Assembly: GCA_963708255.1 (NCBI GenBank) | Contig: CAVPSE010000005.1 | Coordinates: 94,062 to 158,061 of the forward strand | Source of the DNA: an uncultured Thermoplasmata archaeon | GTDB taxonomy: Archaea > Thermoplasmatota > Thermoplasmata > Lutacidiplasmatales > UBA184 | DNA length: 64,000 nt | Direction of reading: 5' to 3' | Shown here: piece by piece, positions 19,500 through 29,534 of the stretch | How positions within the stretch are numbered: the first letter of the stretch is position 1 | Layout of the letters: each line of letters begins with the position of its first letter | The notes under the pieces: generated by a model | What the model saw: only the letters and a program-made list of their open reading frames with translations | Told to the model about the DNA's origin: nothing | Databases searched by the model: none | Made by a program: the position numbers and the translations under genes

Positions 19500-22287
19500 A
19501 TGGCCGTAGCCAAGAAACGCACCGGAGCCGTCGCCGAGGAGGCCCACCGGACCTCCCCCCGCGTCGGTCGGGAACCGATTCCCATCCCCCGCCTCGTCCC
19601 CCGCGACAAGACCGCCTTCGATACCGTGACGTGGAAGACCCACGATTCGGTGATCAAGAACGCCGACGGAAAGATCATCTTCGAGCTGAAGGGGATCCGG
19701 GCCCCGTCGGGGTGGTCCGACAATTCGATCAACATCGCCGCGTCGAAGTACTTCCGGGTCATCGACGGCCGGCGCGAGAGCTCCGTCGAGGGGATGATCC
19801 GGCGGGTCACCCACTGGATCGCCCAGAAGGGCCTCGAGCTCGGCTACTACGACACCCCCGGTGAGGCGACCCTCCTCGAGGAGAGCCTCTCCTACCTCAT
19901 GGTCCATCAGATGGCGGCGTTCAACAGCCCCGTCTGGTTCAACGTCGGGGTCCGCGAGACCCCCCAGTGCTCGGCGTGCTTCATCCAGTCGGTCGCCGAC
20001 GACATGGACTCGATCCTCGCGCTCGCCACCAGCGAGGGCCGCCTGTTCAAGGGCGGCAGCGGGACCGGCTCCAACCTCTCGGCCCTCCGGGGGAGCCACG
20101 AGAGGCTCTCGGGCGGGGGCATCGCGTCCGGCCCCGTCTCGTTCATGCGGGCGTTTGACGCCCTGGCCGGGGTCATCAAGTCCGGCGGTACCACCCGGCG
20201 CGCCGCCAAGATGGTGATCCTGAACATGGACCACCCCGACGTCATCGACTTCATCGAGTGCAAGGTCCGGGAGGAGGACAAGGCCTACGCCCTCATCCGG
20301 GAGGGGTACTCCCCGAACTTCGACGGGACCGACCCGGACAGCGCGTACGCGTCCATCGCCTACCAGAACGCGAACCACTCGGTCCGGATCCCGGACTCGT
20401 TCATGGACGCCGTCGTCAAGGACGGCGAGTGGAAGACGTACAACCGGACCGACCACTCCGTGGCCCAGTCGTACCGGGCCCGGGAGCTCTGGCGCAAGCT
20501 CGCCTACGCCGCGTGGCGGTGCGGGGACCCCGGGGTCCAGTACGACGACATCACCAACGACTGGCACACCAGCCCCATGTCGGGGCGGATCAACGCCTCC
20601 AACCCGTGCAGCGAGTACCTGTTCCTCGACGACACGGCGTGCAACCTCTCGTCGATCAACCTGATGCGGTTCCTGAAGGAGGACGGGTCGTTCGACCTCC
20701 CGTTGTTCAAGGACGCCGTCCGGACGATGATCCTCGCCATGGAGATCGTCGTCGACGCGTCGAGCTACCCGACGGCGACCATCGCCCAGAACTCCCACGA
20801 CTTCCGCCCCCTGGGCCTCGGGTACGCGAACCTGGGCTCGCTCCTGATGCACTACGGCCTCGCCTACGACTCGGACGCTGGCCGGACCCTCGCCGGCGCG
20901 GTCTCGGCGTTCCTCTCGGCGGAAGGGTACCGACATGTCCGCGGAGATCGCGGCCCGGGTCGGCCCGTTCGCCGGGTTCGACAAGAACCGTGCCCCGATG
21001 CTGCGGGTGATGACGAAGCACTCCCACGCCGCCGACACCATCCCCACCAACGATGCGCGCCTTACCGGCTACGTCGAGGCGGCCCGGGCCCGGTGGCATG
21101 ACACGGTGAAGGCCGGCGAGCTCTGGGGGTTCCGCAACGCCCAGATCTCGGTCATCGCCCCCACCGGGACCATCGGTCTCCTGATGGGCTGCGACACCCT
21201 CGGCCTCGAGCCCGAGCTGGCGCTCGTCAAGACGAAGAACCTCGTCGGCGGCGGCGTCATGCGGATGCTCAACCACACCGTCGATGACGGACTCCACTCG
21301 CTGGGCTACTCCGCGGAGGCCGCCGCGGCGATCCGCAAGCACGTGGAGACCACCGGGACCATCGAGGGTGCCCCGGGGCTCGATCCGTCCCACCTGAACG
21401 TCTTCGACTGCGCCCTCGCCCCCGCCGGCGGGAACCGGACCATCGCGCCCATGGGCCACCTCAAGATGCTCGGCGCGGTCCAGCCGTTCCTCTCGGGCGG
21501 CGCGTCCAAGACCATCAACCTCCCCCACGACGCCTCCGTGGAGGACATCGAGAAGATCTACCTCGAGGCGTGGCGCCTCGGCGTCAAGTCCGTGGCGCTC
21601 TATCGGGACGGCTGCAAGGCCTCCCAGCCGTTCGAGACCGGCAAGGGCCGAACCCCGGCGGCGGCGGTCCCGACGGTCCGCGCCCCGGCGAGGGAGCGGC
21701 TCCCCGATGAGCGCAAGGCCCTGACCCACCACTTCCAGGTGGGGGGCCACGACGGCTACGTGACGGTCGGTCTCTACCCCGACGGACGCCCCGGGGAGAT
21801 CTTCTTCCGGGTGACGAAGGAAGGGTCCACGGTCAACGGCCTCATGGACTCGCTCGGGATCTCCATGTCGATGGCGCTCCAGCACGGGGTGCCGTTGAAG
21901 GACCTGGTCCGCAAGCTGGCCCACCTACGGTTCGAGCCGGCCGGCGCCACCAACAACCCGAAGGTCCGGTTCGCGAAGTCGATCCCCGACTACGTGGCCC
22001 GGTGGCTCGCGTACGAGTTCCTGACGGAGGACGACCGGCGGGCCATCGGCCTGGAGGCCCCGGACAGCGGCAACGGTCACGGGAACACGGCCCCCTCCAA
22101 GGCGGCGACGCCCGCGACCGTCGTCAAGTTCGAGACCAAGCCGCTCGACTCCTTCGGCGAGGGCGGGAACCCGTCCGGCGGTGTGACCGATGACGCGCCG
22201 TCGTGCCACGTGTGCGGCGGGATCATGGTCCGCTCCGGGACGTGCTACGCCTGCACGGTCTGCGGGGCGACCAGCGGCTGCTCCTAG
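19500..22287 (+). CDS. nrdJ: Class II (adenosylcobalamin-dependent) ribonucleotide reductase, frameshift near 20930
   Basis: FNSPVWFN, CSACFI, RRAAKM, NASNPCSEY, IAPTGTI, a TSCPD-like domain and C-terminal CHVC...CTVCGATSGCS. Confidence 0.95.
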
Positions 22288-22309
22288 GCGAGCGGGGCGG
22301 GTCCGTCCC

Positions 22310-22696
22310 TCAAGCGAGGGCGTACCGGGCGAGGCTGACGAGGTCCGGGAGTGGGAGCCCCCCGGCCTCGGGGGCCGCTCCGGCGGCCCAGACCGCCTCC
22401 AGGGAGCCCATCGGGAACCCCGGGACCGCCCCGGCGTCGTGGGCGATGAGCCGGGTCGGCGCCCCCCGACGGTCGAGCTCCATCAGAAGGACGAGCGCGC
22501 CGACGGGCCCGGAGTCGGTGCGGAACGTCGTTTCACCGGGGCGCTCCCTCGACTCCACCCGGGCCTCCTCATCGTGGAGGTGGGCGATCCGGACCGACAC
22601 GCCTTTCGATCGCCCGGCGACCGGCCGCCAGGCGATCTTCTGTTCCGCCGCCCGGAACCGGACCATCAGGCCTGGGTCGGCGAGGGGGGGCGTCAC
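22310..22696 (-). CDS. Hypothetical protein
   Basis: Its GTG overlaps the stop of the upstream TIGR02757-like gene (GTGA); plausible composition. Confidence 0.5.
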   Translation of the reverse strand: MTPPLADPGLMVRFRAAEQKIAWRPVAGRSKGVSVRIAHLHDEEARVESRERPGETTFRTDSGPVGALVLLMELDRRGAPTRLIAHDAGAVPGFPMGSLEAVWAAGAAPEAGGLPLPDLVSLARYALA

Positions 22697-23580
22697 GCGG
22701 CCCCCCGGCCCCGCCAGAGCCGGCAGTCGGGCCGCAGCGAGCACGGCCCGCAGACGGCGATGTCCCGCTCCTTCGGGCAGTCCCCCGAGATCCCGGTGTG
22801 GCAGAGGACGAAATCGAACTTGATCGGGTCCATCGGGTCGATCCGGCGGAGGGTTTCCGTGATCTCCTCCACCGCGGCCCAGCTTCGGGACCTTCGGCGG
22901 GTCAGGCCGGTGTTGTAGGCGATCCAATGGACGTGGAGGTCCAGCGGCACGCGCAGCTCGCCCATCGGGACCCGGGCCCACACCCCCAGGTCGGGAAAAC
23001 GGTCCCGGACCATCCACCGTACGAAGAGGGTCATCCGTTTGCAGGCCGTCGACGGCTTCTCGATGGGGCTCGGGAAGAGCGGGACGTACCCCGCGGGCGG
23101 CTCGGGCATTCCCGTGGCGTCGCCTCGGAGCCCGAGCGCCAGCGCGTGGAGGCCGCCGGCGAAACCACCCGGGGTACCCGCCGATCCCTCCAGAAAGAGC
23201 GTTTCCAGGGTAGGGTATGACTGGTACAAACGTCGGAGGCGGAGAGCCAGGTATCCGATCTGGTCCCCCCGGATCCACCGGTGCCGGAACCGGCCGAGCT
23301 GGGTGGCATAGTTGGCGGCCGTAGTACCCTCCACGAACCCGGGGAAGTCGTTCCCCACGGACCCGGCCACACGACCGAACGCCCCCCGGATGGCGGTGGT
23401 GTTGCCTACGGCCAGGGTGGCAGCGATCAGGCCGGCGATCTCGGCCGCCCGGGGGTCCCCGGCGTACGGACGGACGCAGGAGAGCGGATCCTCGGCGAGC
23501 GACCGATCGAACGGGAACGCCGCGTAGAGGCGGTTGAGGTGCGCCGGGAACTCCGGGCCGGTGCCCCGGGTGCGCGCCAT
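22693..23580 (-). CDS. TIGR02757/DUF2400 family protein (HhH-GPD-like, putative DNA repair)
   Basis: DPL, STACKRMTLFVRWMVR, DLGVW, PLDLHV, DPIKFDFVLCH and C-terminal Cys cluster. Confidence 0.88.
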   Translation of the reverse strand: MARTRGTGPEFPAHLNRLYAAFPFDRSLAEDPLSCVRPYAGDPRAAEIAGLIAATLAVGNTTAIRGAFGRVAGSVGNDFPGFVEGTTAANYATQLGRFRHRWIRGDQIGYLALRLRRLYQSYPTLETLFLEGSAGTPGGFAGGLHALALGLRGDATGMPEPPAGYVPLFPSPIEKPSTACKRMTLFVRWMVRDRFPDLGVWARVPMGELRVPLDLHVHWIAYNTGLTRRRSRSWAAVEEITETLRRIDPMDPIKFDFVLCHTGISGDCPKERDIAVCGPCSLRPDCRLWRGRGAA

Positions 23581-23692
23581 GGTGTTCGAGGGGCCCCCGG
23601 CATTAACCGTTGTCCCTCGGCCCTCCCGGCCCCGTCGGGGAGCGGGCGCCCCTCGGCCGGACCTATGTAGGCGTGGGCCACTCGGGAGCCCC

Positions 23693-24493
23693 ATGTCGCC
23701 CGGGCGCATCGAGCGCGGACTCGACCCGGCGTGGCTGCACGAACTCGCCGAGCACGACCCGGTCTCGCACGTTTTCGCCCTCTGGGACCGCCAGCACGCC
23801 CCGGACAAGGTGGAGTTCCTGACGCTCGTCGAGGACGAGCGACCGTCGGTCTACCTGCTCATCTGGAAAGGCCGGCCAGGGATGCCGGTCGTCCACTGGA
23901 TTGGGACCGCCGCCGACCCGGCCCCCCTCCTGGCCGCGCTCCCTCCCCGCCCGTTGACCGCCGTGGTCCCCGAGCCGATCGGCGGCGAGGTGGCGCGCCT
24001 CCGCGGGCCGGCCACGGTCTCCAATGTGCTGTTGATGGCGTGCGATCGGCCGATCCCCCCGGACCAGCTCGCCCCGGGGCTCGGCCGCCGGCTGGACCGG
24101 CGGGATACCCCGATGCTCCGCGAGCTCGCCGACCGCCATCCCAGCGTCCTCACCATCCCCTACGCGGGCGCCGATCCCGAGATCGAACCGATCTACGGGG
24201 TGGTGGACCAGGGCCGGCTCGTGTCGGTGGCGCGCATCACGGCGGCCTCCCCCCGCGCCTGGATCATCGGCGGGGTCTTCACGGTCGCCGAGGCCCGGGG
24301 CCGCGGGTACGCCCGGGAGGCGACCCGGGCCGCCGTGGCGGCGACGGTCATGGCCGGGGCCCGGCCAGCGCTCTTCGTCAACGAGGAGAACGTCCCGGCC
24401 CGGCGCGTGTACGAGCGGCTCGGGTTCGTCGCCCGGGAGCGCCGGGCGTGGGTCGACGCGACGCGGCCGATGGAGCCGCCGAACGCTTCTTGA
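23693..24493 (+). CDS. GNAT family acetyltransferase
   Basis: IGGVFTVAEARGRGYA...NVPARRVYERLGF. Confidence 0.85.
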   Translation: MSPGRIERGLDPAWLHELAEHDPVSHVFALWDRQHAPDKVEFLTLVEDERPSVYLLIWKGRPGMPVVHWIGTAADPAPLLAALPPRPLTAVVPEPIGGEVARLRGPATVSNVLLMACDRPIPPDQLAPGLGRRLDRRDTPMLRELADRHPSVLTIPYAGADPEIEPIYGVVDQGRLVSVARITAASPRAWIIGGVFTVAEARGRGYAREATRAAVAATVMAGARPALFVNEENVPARRVYERLGFVARERRAWVDATRPMEPPNAS

Positions 24494-24518
24494 CGATAGG
24501 GCCTCTGGGGGAGCTGGG

Positions 24519-26147
24519 ATGTCGACCAACTCGGAGCTCGCCGAGCAGCTCCGGGGGATCGCCGACCTGCTCGACCTGATGGGCGAGCGGTTCAAGCCCG
24601 AGGCGTACCGACGGGCGGCCCGGTCGGTAGAGACGCTCACGGAGGACATCCGGGCCGTCGCCACCCGGGGACAGCTCAACGAGATCCCCGGCGTCGGGGC
24701 CGCGATCTCAGAGAAGATCCAGGAGTACCTGCGGGACGCGAAGATCGCCTACTACGAGCGGCTCCGGGCCGAGGTCCCGCCCGGGGTCGTCGACCTGATG
24801 CGGCTCTCCGGGTTCGGTCCGAAGACGGCCCGCCGGTTCTGGACCGACCTGGGGGTCGAAGGGCCGGCCGAGCTCCTGGCCGCCCTCGACGCCGGACGGC
24901 TCCAGGGCTTGTCAGGGTTCGGCCCCAAGAAGATCGAGAACCTTCGCGCGGCGCTGACGACCACCACCTCGATGGGTCACCGGATCCCGCTGGCGGAGGC
25001 GTACCGTCTCGCCGAGGGGCTGGTGCGTCAGCTTCGGGCGGCCCCGGTCGACCAGCTGGTCGTCGCGGGTTCGCTGCGGCGCCGTCGGGAGAGCGTGGGG
25101 GACCTGGACATCCTCGCCACCTCGAAGGAGCCGGCCAAGGTCCTGGACGCGTTCACCGCCCTGCCGGAACGGATCGAGGTGAAGCTGAAGGGGCCTACGA
25201 AGGCGACGATCCTGGTCACGGGAGGCGTCCAGGTCGACCTGCGCGTGGTGGAACCCGCTTCGTTCGGGGCGGCGTGGCAGTACTTTACCGGCTCCAAGGA
25301 CCACAACGTCGAGCTCCGCAGCCTCGCGAAGGACCGGGGGCTCAAGGTCAACGAGTACGGGGTCTTTCGGGGCGACGACCGGGTCGCGGGGGCGACCGAG
25401 GAGGACGTCTACCAGGCGTTCGGCCTCGCCTGGATCCCGCCGGAGATCCGGGAGGGGGCCGGAGAGATCACGGCCGCCGCGGCTGGCACCCTCCCGAAGC
25501 TCGTGGAGGAGTCGGAGATCCTCGGGGACCTCCATATCCACGTTGACGCGGTGGACCGGGTGACGATCGACGCCGCGATCCAGCATGCGCGGTCGAAAGG
25601 GTGGGCGTACGTCGGACTGGTCGCCCCGGACGGCCAGATCGCGGAGCTCCGCAAGGCCCTCGGCCCCCCGAAGGGCCCGGGACCGCGAGCGCTTCTCGGG
25701 GTGGAACTCGACGCCAACGCCCCGCGTGCCGGCGCGCCGTCGGGGGACTACACCATTTTTCGCGCGGTCGGGGAGTCGCCGCCCGCCGCCGTGCCGGCGG
25801 GGTGTCCTGGTCCGATGCTCCTGGCCCACCTTGTCACGGGCCCCCCGGGGGCGGTCTCCGACGCCGCGACGACGGCCCCCTGGCTGAAGTTCGCCCGAAG
25901 GGCGGGACTCGCCGTGGAGCTGACCGCCCAGGGCGCCGCGGAGGGGATCGACGCCGCCCAAGCGCGGGCCCACCATACAGCCGGGGGGTTCGTCCACCTC
26001 CGCGTGGGGGTCGGGGACACGTCAGAAGGGGTGCTCTCGGTCGGGCTCGCCCGGCGGGCAGGGATCCTGGCCGACCGCGTGCTCAACGCGATGCCGGCGG
26101 GGAGATGGGGTTCGTCGCCGCCCCTGTCGCCGGCGTCGTCATCGTAG
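24519..26147 (+). CDS. polX: Family X DNA polymerase with a degenerate PHP domain
   Basis: AYRRAA, IPGVG HhH, AGSLRR, GDLDIL, QVDLR, YFTGSKDHN, GDLHIH. Confidence 0.9.
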   Translation: MSTNSELAEQLRGIADLLDLMGERFKPEAYRRAARSVETLTEDIRAVATRGQLNEIPGVGAAISEKIQEYLRDAKIAYYERLRAEVPPGVVDLMRLSGFGPKTARRFWTDLGVEGPAELLAALDAGRLQGLSGFGPKKIENLRAALTTTTSMGHRIPLAEAYRLAEGLVRQLRAAPVDQLVVAGSLRRRRESVGDLDILATSKEPAKVLDAFTALPERIEVKLKGPTKATILVTGGVQVDLRVVEPASFGAAWQYFTGSKDHNVELRSLAKDRGLKVNEYGVFRGDDRVAGATEEDVYQAFGLAWIPPEIREGAGEITAAAAGTLPKLVEESEILGDLHIHVDAVDRVTIDAAIQHARSKGWAYVGLVAPDGQIAELRKALGPPKGPGPRALLGVELDANAPRAGAPSGDYTIFRAVGESPPAAVPAGCPGPMLLAHLVTGPPGAVSDAATTAPWLKFARRAGLAVELTAQGAAEGIDAAQARAHHTAGGFVHLRVGVGDTSEGVLSVGLARRAGILADRVLNAMPAGRWGSSPPLSPASSS

Positions 26148-27195
26148 CCCGAGCCGCCCGACCGCCGGAGATCCCCGTCGTGACACTGGGCGACCTCGAG
26201 AGGCACTCGGGACACCGGTGGAGCCCAGGGCCCGGCCCGAACCGCCAGTAGCAGTTCGGGCACAACGCCCGTCCGCATCCCCAACAGAGAGGGGGTGGCT
26301 GACTCGTGGCGAGAGCTTCGCCGCACCCGGCACAGCCCCGGGGTCCGACGACCGCCACCTGGGCCGGGGGGGCGGGCGGCTCTGGGGCCCTGGGAGCCGC
26401 TGCGGCGGCCGACGATGCACCACGCCGCGCCGACACCCCGGAGAGAACAGCGGGTCGGCGGACCTCCAGCTCCCGCACCCGTGCGCGCAGTCGTGCGAGC
26501 TCCATCTCGAGGACGGAGTCTCGAGGCGTCTCGGGCGCCCCGCCGGCCGCCCGGAGCCCCGGCGCATCCCGCTGGAACCCTGCGGCGAACGGAAGGGGAG
26601 CGGCCACGGGCGGAGCGATGGTGTCCCAATCGAGCGCCGGGTCATGTTGGGCGTCCGCGGCCTGGAGGTAGGCCCCTGGGATCGAGGTCAATCCGCGGGA
26701 CGCACGCTCGGAGGCGACCCTGGAGGTGGGGGGACCTGAGGAGGGCGGTGCGGGGCCCGACGAGGAGGCAGTGCTCCCGCTCGACGCGCTCAGGATCCCA
26801 ACCGCCGCCGCCCTCCGCACCGCATTGGAGGCGGACGCCTGGGCGGCGAGGCTCGGGAAGCGCGATGGAGCGGCTAGGACCGGGGGCGCTGGAACTTCGG
26901 ACGCCGGTGGCGACGCCACCCGGGCGGTCCCGGAGGGGCGGGACGAGCGGGGAGCCGCGACGGGGAGCGGGGCAGGGACGGTCGGGACCAGCAGGTAGGC
27001 GGTGAGCGCCAGCAGCGCGACGATCGCGCCGGCGAGCACCATCCCCCCTGCCAGGTTCGACGGGGCTCCGATCACCCCAGCGAGCCCCGCGCCCAGGATC
27101 ACCAGGATCCCGCCCACAGCCCAGCCCGCTACCGCCCATCGGGGAGGTCGCGGACCCGTGGAGGGGGTTCGCGAGGTGGACGGTGAGGGTGACAT
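26083..27195 (-). CDS. Two-TM membrane protein with a disordered linker and a C-terminal Cys8 zinc finger
   Basis: Two hydrophobic helices, a short coiled coil, and CAGC, CWGC, CPNC, CPEC. Confidence 0.6.
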   Translation of the reverse strand: MSPSPSTSRTPSTGPRPPRWAVAGWAVGGILVILGAGLAGVIGAPSNLAGGMVLAGAIVALLALTAYLLVPTVPAPLPVAAPRSSRPSGTARVASPPASEVPAPPVLAAPSRFPSLAAQASASNAVRRAAAVGILSASSGSTASSSGPAPPSSGPPTSRVASERASRGLTSIPGAYLQAADAQHDPALDWDTIAPPVAAPLPFAAGFQRDAPGLRAAGGAPETPRDSVLEMELARLRARVRELEVRRPAVLSGVSARRGASSAAAAAPRAPEPPAPPAQVAVVGPRGCAGCGEALATSQPPPLCWGCGRALCPNCYWRFGPGPGLHRCPECLSRSPSVTTGISGGRAARATMTTPATGAATNPISPPASR

Positions 27196-27356
27196 GCCCG
27201 GGACGATGGAAGGGGAGAGAGTGCTCTGGACTATCTACATTCGCGCGGACCGGCGGGCACCTCGGACGCCGACGTCGGGGGGGAAATGGGCGCGCGGCCG
27301 GACGGCCGTGCCAGTGGACGGGCGATTTCTTCTAGGGGAACGGACCACGACCCACC

Positions 27357-27704
27357 GTGGCGCGCCGACCGGCCCTTCGGAAACCGAAACGGGTTGCTGC
27401 GGAGGAGGAGCCGAAGCGCCGCTCGAACGCGGCGGCTCCCGTCGCCGTCGTCGTGTTGTTCGCGGGCCTGTTGCTGGGGACCGTCAGCGTGGTCCTTCCC
27501 GTCCTGTTGGGAGGATTCCTATTGCTGTCCACCCTGTCGTTCCTCTCGACCCGGCTCAACCCGTTCTCCATCGGGTTCTACCTACGGACCAAGCCGTCCT
27601 GGACCGCGATCGGGGTCATGTTCCTCTCCTCGGTCCTGCTGTTCCTCGCGGCGTGGAGCTACTACGCCCACGGGATCGGCCCCCTGATGCCGGGGCACGC
27701 CTAG
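27357..27704 (+). CDS. Small membrane protein
   Basis: Three hydrophobic segments. Confidence 0.6.
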   Translation: MARRPALRKPKRVAAEEEPKRRSNAAAPVAVVVLFAGLLLGTVSVVLPVLLGGFLLLSTLSFLSTRLNPFSIGFYLRTKPSWTAIGVMFLSSVLLFLAAWSYYAHGIGPLMPGHA

Positions 27705-27707
27705 GGG

Positions 27708-28613
27708 TTACGCCGCGATCATCCGATCGAGAGCGAGCCGGGCCTTCCGGGCGATCTCCACCGGCACGTCGATCTGGAACCGGTTCAGCTGGAGAGAGTC
27801 CCGGATGTCCGTGAGGTCGATCTGCTTCATGTACGGGCAGATCGCCCCCTCCGACAGCGGCGTGAAGGTGGTCGTCGGGTTGAGCTTGCGCATCCGGTGA
27901 AGGATCCCCACCTCGGTGGCGACCAGCACCTCCTTCGCCCGGGTCTCCTCGGCGAACCGCACCATGCCATCGGTGGAGAGGATCCGGTCCACGTGGGGAA
28001 GCGCGGCGGTGGAGCAGCCGCATTCCGGGTGGGCCACGACCTCCGCGCCGGGGTGCTCGATCCGGGCCCGTTCGAGGTCCTGGGGCCGGAGCTTCGCGTG
28101 GACAGGGCAGTCCCCGACCCACAGGTGCATCTTTCGTCCGGTCTTGTTGCGGACGTACTCGCCGAGGAAGATATCCGGGAGGAACAGGATCTCCTTGCCT
28201 TCGGGGACCTGGCTCACGACCTTGGCCGCGTTGGAGCTCGTGCAGCAGTAGTCCGACTCCGCCTTCACCTCGGCGGAGGTGTTGATGTACGAGACCACCA
28301 CGGCCCCCGGGTGCTGGGACTTCCACTCCCTCAGCTGCTCCGCCGTGATGGAGTCGGCGAGACCGCAGCCCGCGGCCATGTCCGGGAGGAGCACGGTCTT
28401 CGTCGGGTTCAGGATCTTCGCCGTCTCGGCCATGAACCGGACGCCGGCGAAGCAGATCACCGGCTGCTCCGCCTCGATCGCCTTGCGGGAGAGGTACAGG
28501 GAGTCGCCGACGAAGTCCGCCACGTCCTGGACCTCGGGGAGCTGGTAGTTGTGCGCCAGGAGGAGGGCGTGACGGTCCTCCTTCAGGCGCTGGACCTCCG
28601 TCTCGAGCGACAT
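27708..28613 (-). CDS. nadA: Quinolinate synthase
   Basis: LAHNYQ, VGDSL, FMAETAKIL, YINTSA, AHPEC, CPYMK. Confidence 0.95.
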   Translation of the reverse strand: MSLETEVQRLKEDRHALLLAHNYQLPEVQDVADFVGDSLYLSRKAIEAEQPVICFAGVRFMAETAKILNPTKTVLLPDMAAGCGLADSITAEQLREWKSQHPGAVVVSYINTSAEVKAESDYCCTSSNAAKVVSQVPEGKEILFLPDIFLGEYVRNKTGRKMHLWVGDCPVHAKLRPQDLERARIEHPGAEVVAHPECGCSTAALPHVDRILSTDGMVRFAEETRAKEVLVATEVGILHRMRKLNPTTTFTPLSEGAICPYMKQIDLTDIRDSLQLNRFQIDVPVEIARKARLALDRMIAA

Positions 28614-28648
28614 GGCGTTCTCCCGGGAGAACTAGGTCCCCTCGACAC

Positions 28649-29500
28649 TTAAGTCGGCGGTCGCCGCGGGGTTACCCTCGGGGCGCGGACCTCAAGGTGG
28701 AACGGGAGCGCCGGGGCCGAGTGCGTGAGGGAGCCCAGGCTGACGGCGTCGGCGCCGACGGTGCGGAACCGGGCCACGTTCTCCGGCGTGATCCCCCCCG
28801 ATACCTCCACCCAGACGCCCCGGCGAAGGCCGGCCGTCCGAAGGGCCGCGATGATCCGCCGAGTCCGGGCCGGGCCTTGGTTGTCGATCAGGAGCGCCGC
28901 AGCGCCGGCCTGGGCCGCGGCCACGGCGGCCGATGGATCGCTGACCTCCACCTGGACGGGGAGATGTCTCGATCCTACCCTCGCCCTCCGGACCGCCTCG
29001 GCGACCGACACGTACGCGAGGTGGGTGTTCTTCACGAGGATGCCGCTCGATAGATCGCGTCGGTGAGGGAACCCGCCCCCGTGGACCACCGCCGCCTTCT
29101 CGGCGTCCCGGAGCCCGGGAAGGGTCTTGCGGGTCGCGTAGACCTGGAGAGGCCGCGCGGCGCGCACCGCCCGCGCCGTGGCCGTCGCGACGCCGCTCAG
29201 GTGCATGAGGTAGTTGAGGATCGTTCGCTCCACGCCGAGGATCCGCCCAAGGTCCCCCGAGAGCTCGAGGACCTCCTGGCCCGACCGGACCGGCTCTCCG
29301 TCATGTCGTCGCGGACGCGCGACCAGCCCGCGGAGCCGCGCCAGTTCGACCGCGATGTCGATCCCGGAGACGATCCCCGACGCCTGGGCGACGACCCGGG
29401 CACTCGCTGACATGGGACGGGGGAAGATGGCGCGTGTCGTCCGATCGAGCGCCACCCGGTCCTCGGCGAGTGCGCGGAGAAGGGCGCGGCGGTCCGGCCG
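28649..29500 (-). CDS. nadC: Nicotinate-nucleotide pyrophosphorylase (start uncertain)
   Basis: ALAED, ERTILN, TRKTLPGLR, HRRDLS, LIDN, EVSGGI, SLGSLTH. Confidence 0.9.
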   Translation of the reverse strand, partial: RPDRRALLRALAEDRVALDRTTRAIFPRPMSASARVVAQASGIVSGIDIAVELARLRGLVARPRRHDGEPVRSGQEVLELSGDLGRILGVERTILNYLMHLSGVATATARAVRAARPLQVYATRKTLPGLRDAEKAAVVHGGGFPHRRDLSSGILVKNTHLAYVSVAEAVRRARVGSRHLPVQVEVSDPSAAVAAAQAGAAALLIDNQGPARTRRIIAALRTAGLRRGVWVEVSGGITPENVARFRTVGADAVSLGSLTHSAPALPFHLEVRAPRVTPRRPPT

Positions 29501-29534
29501 TGCCGGGCGTCCCGATGGCGGGGCCCGGCCCCGC

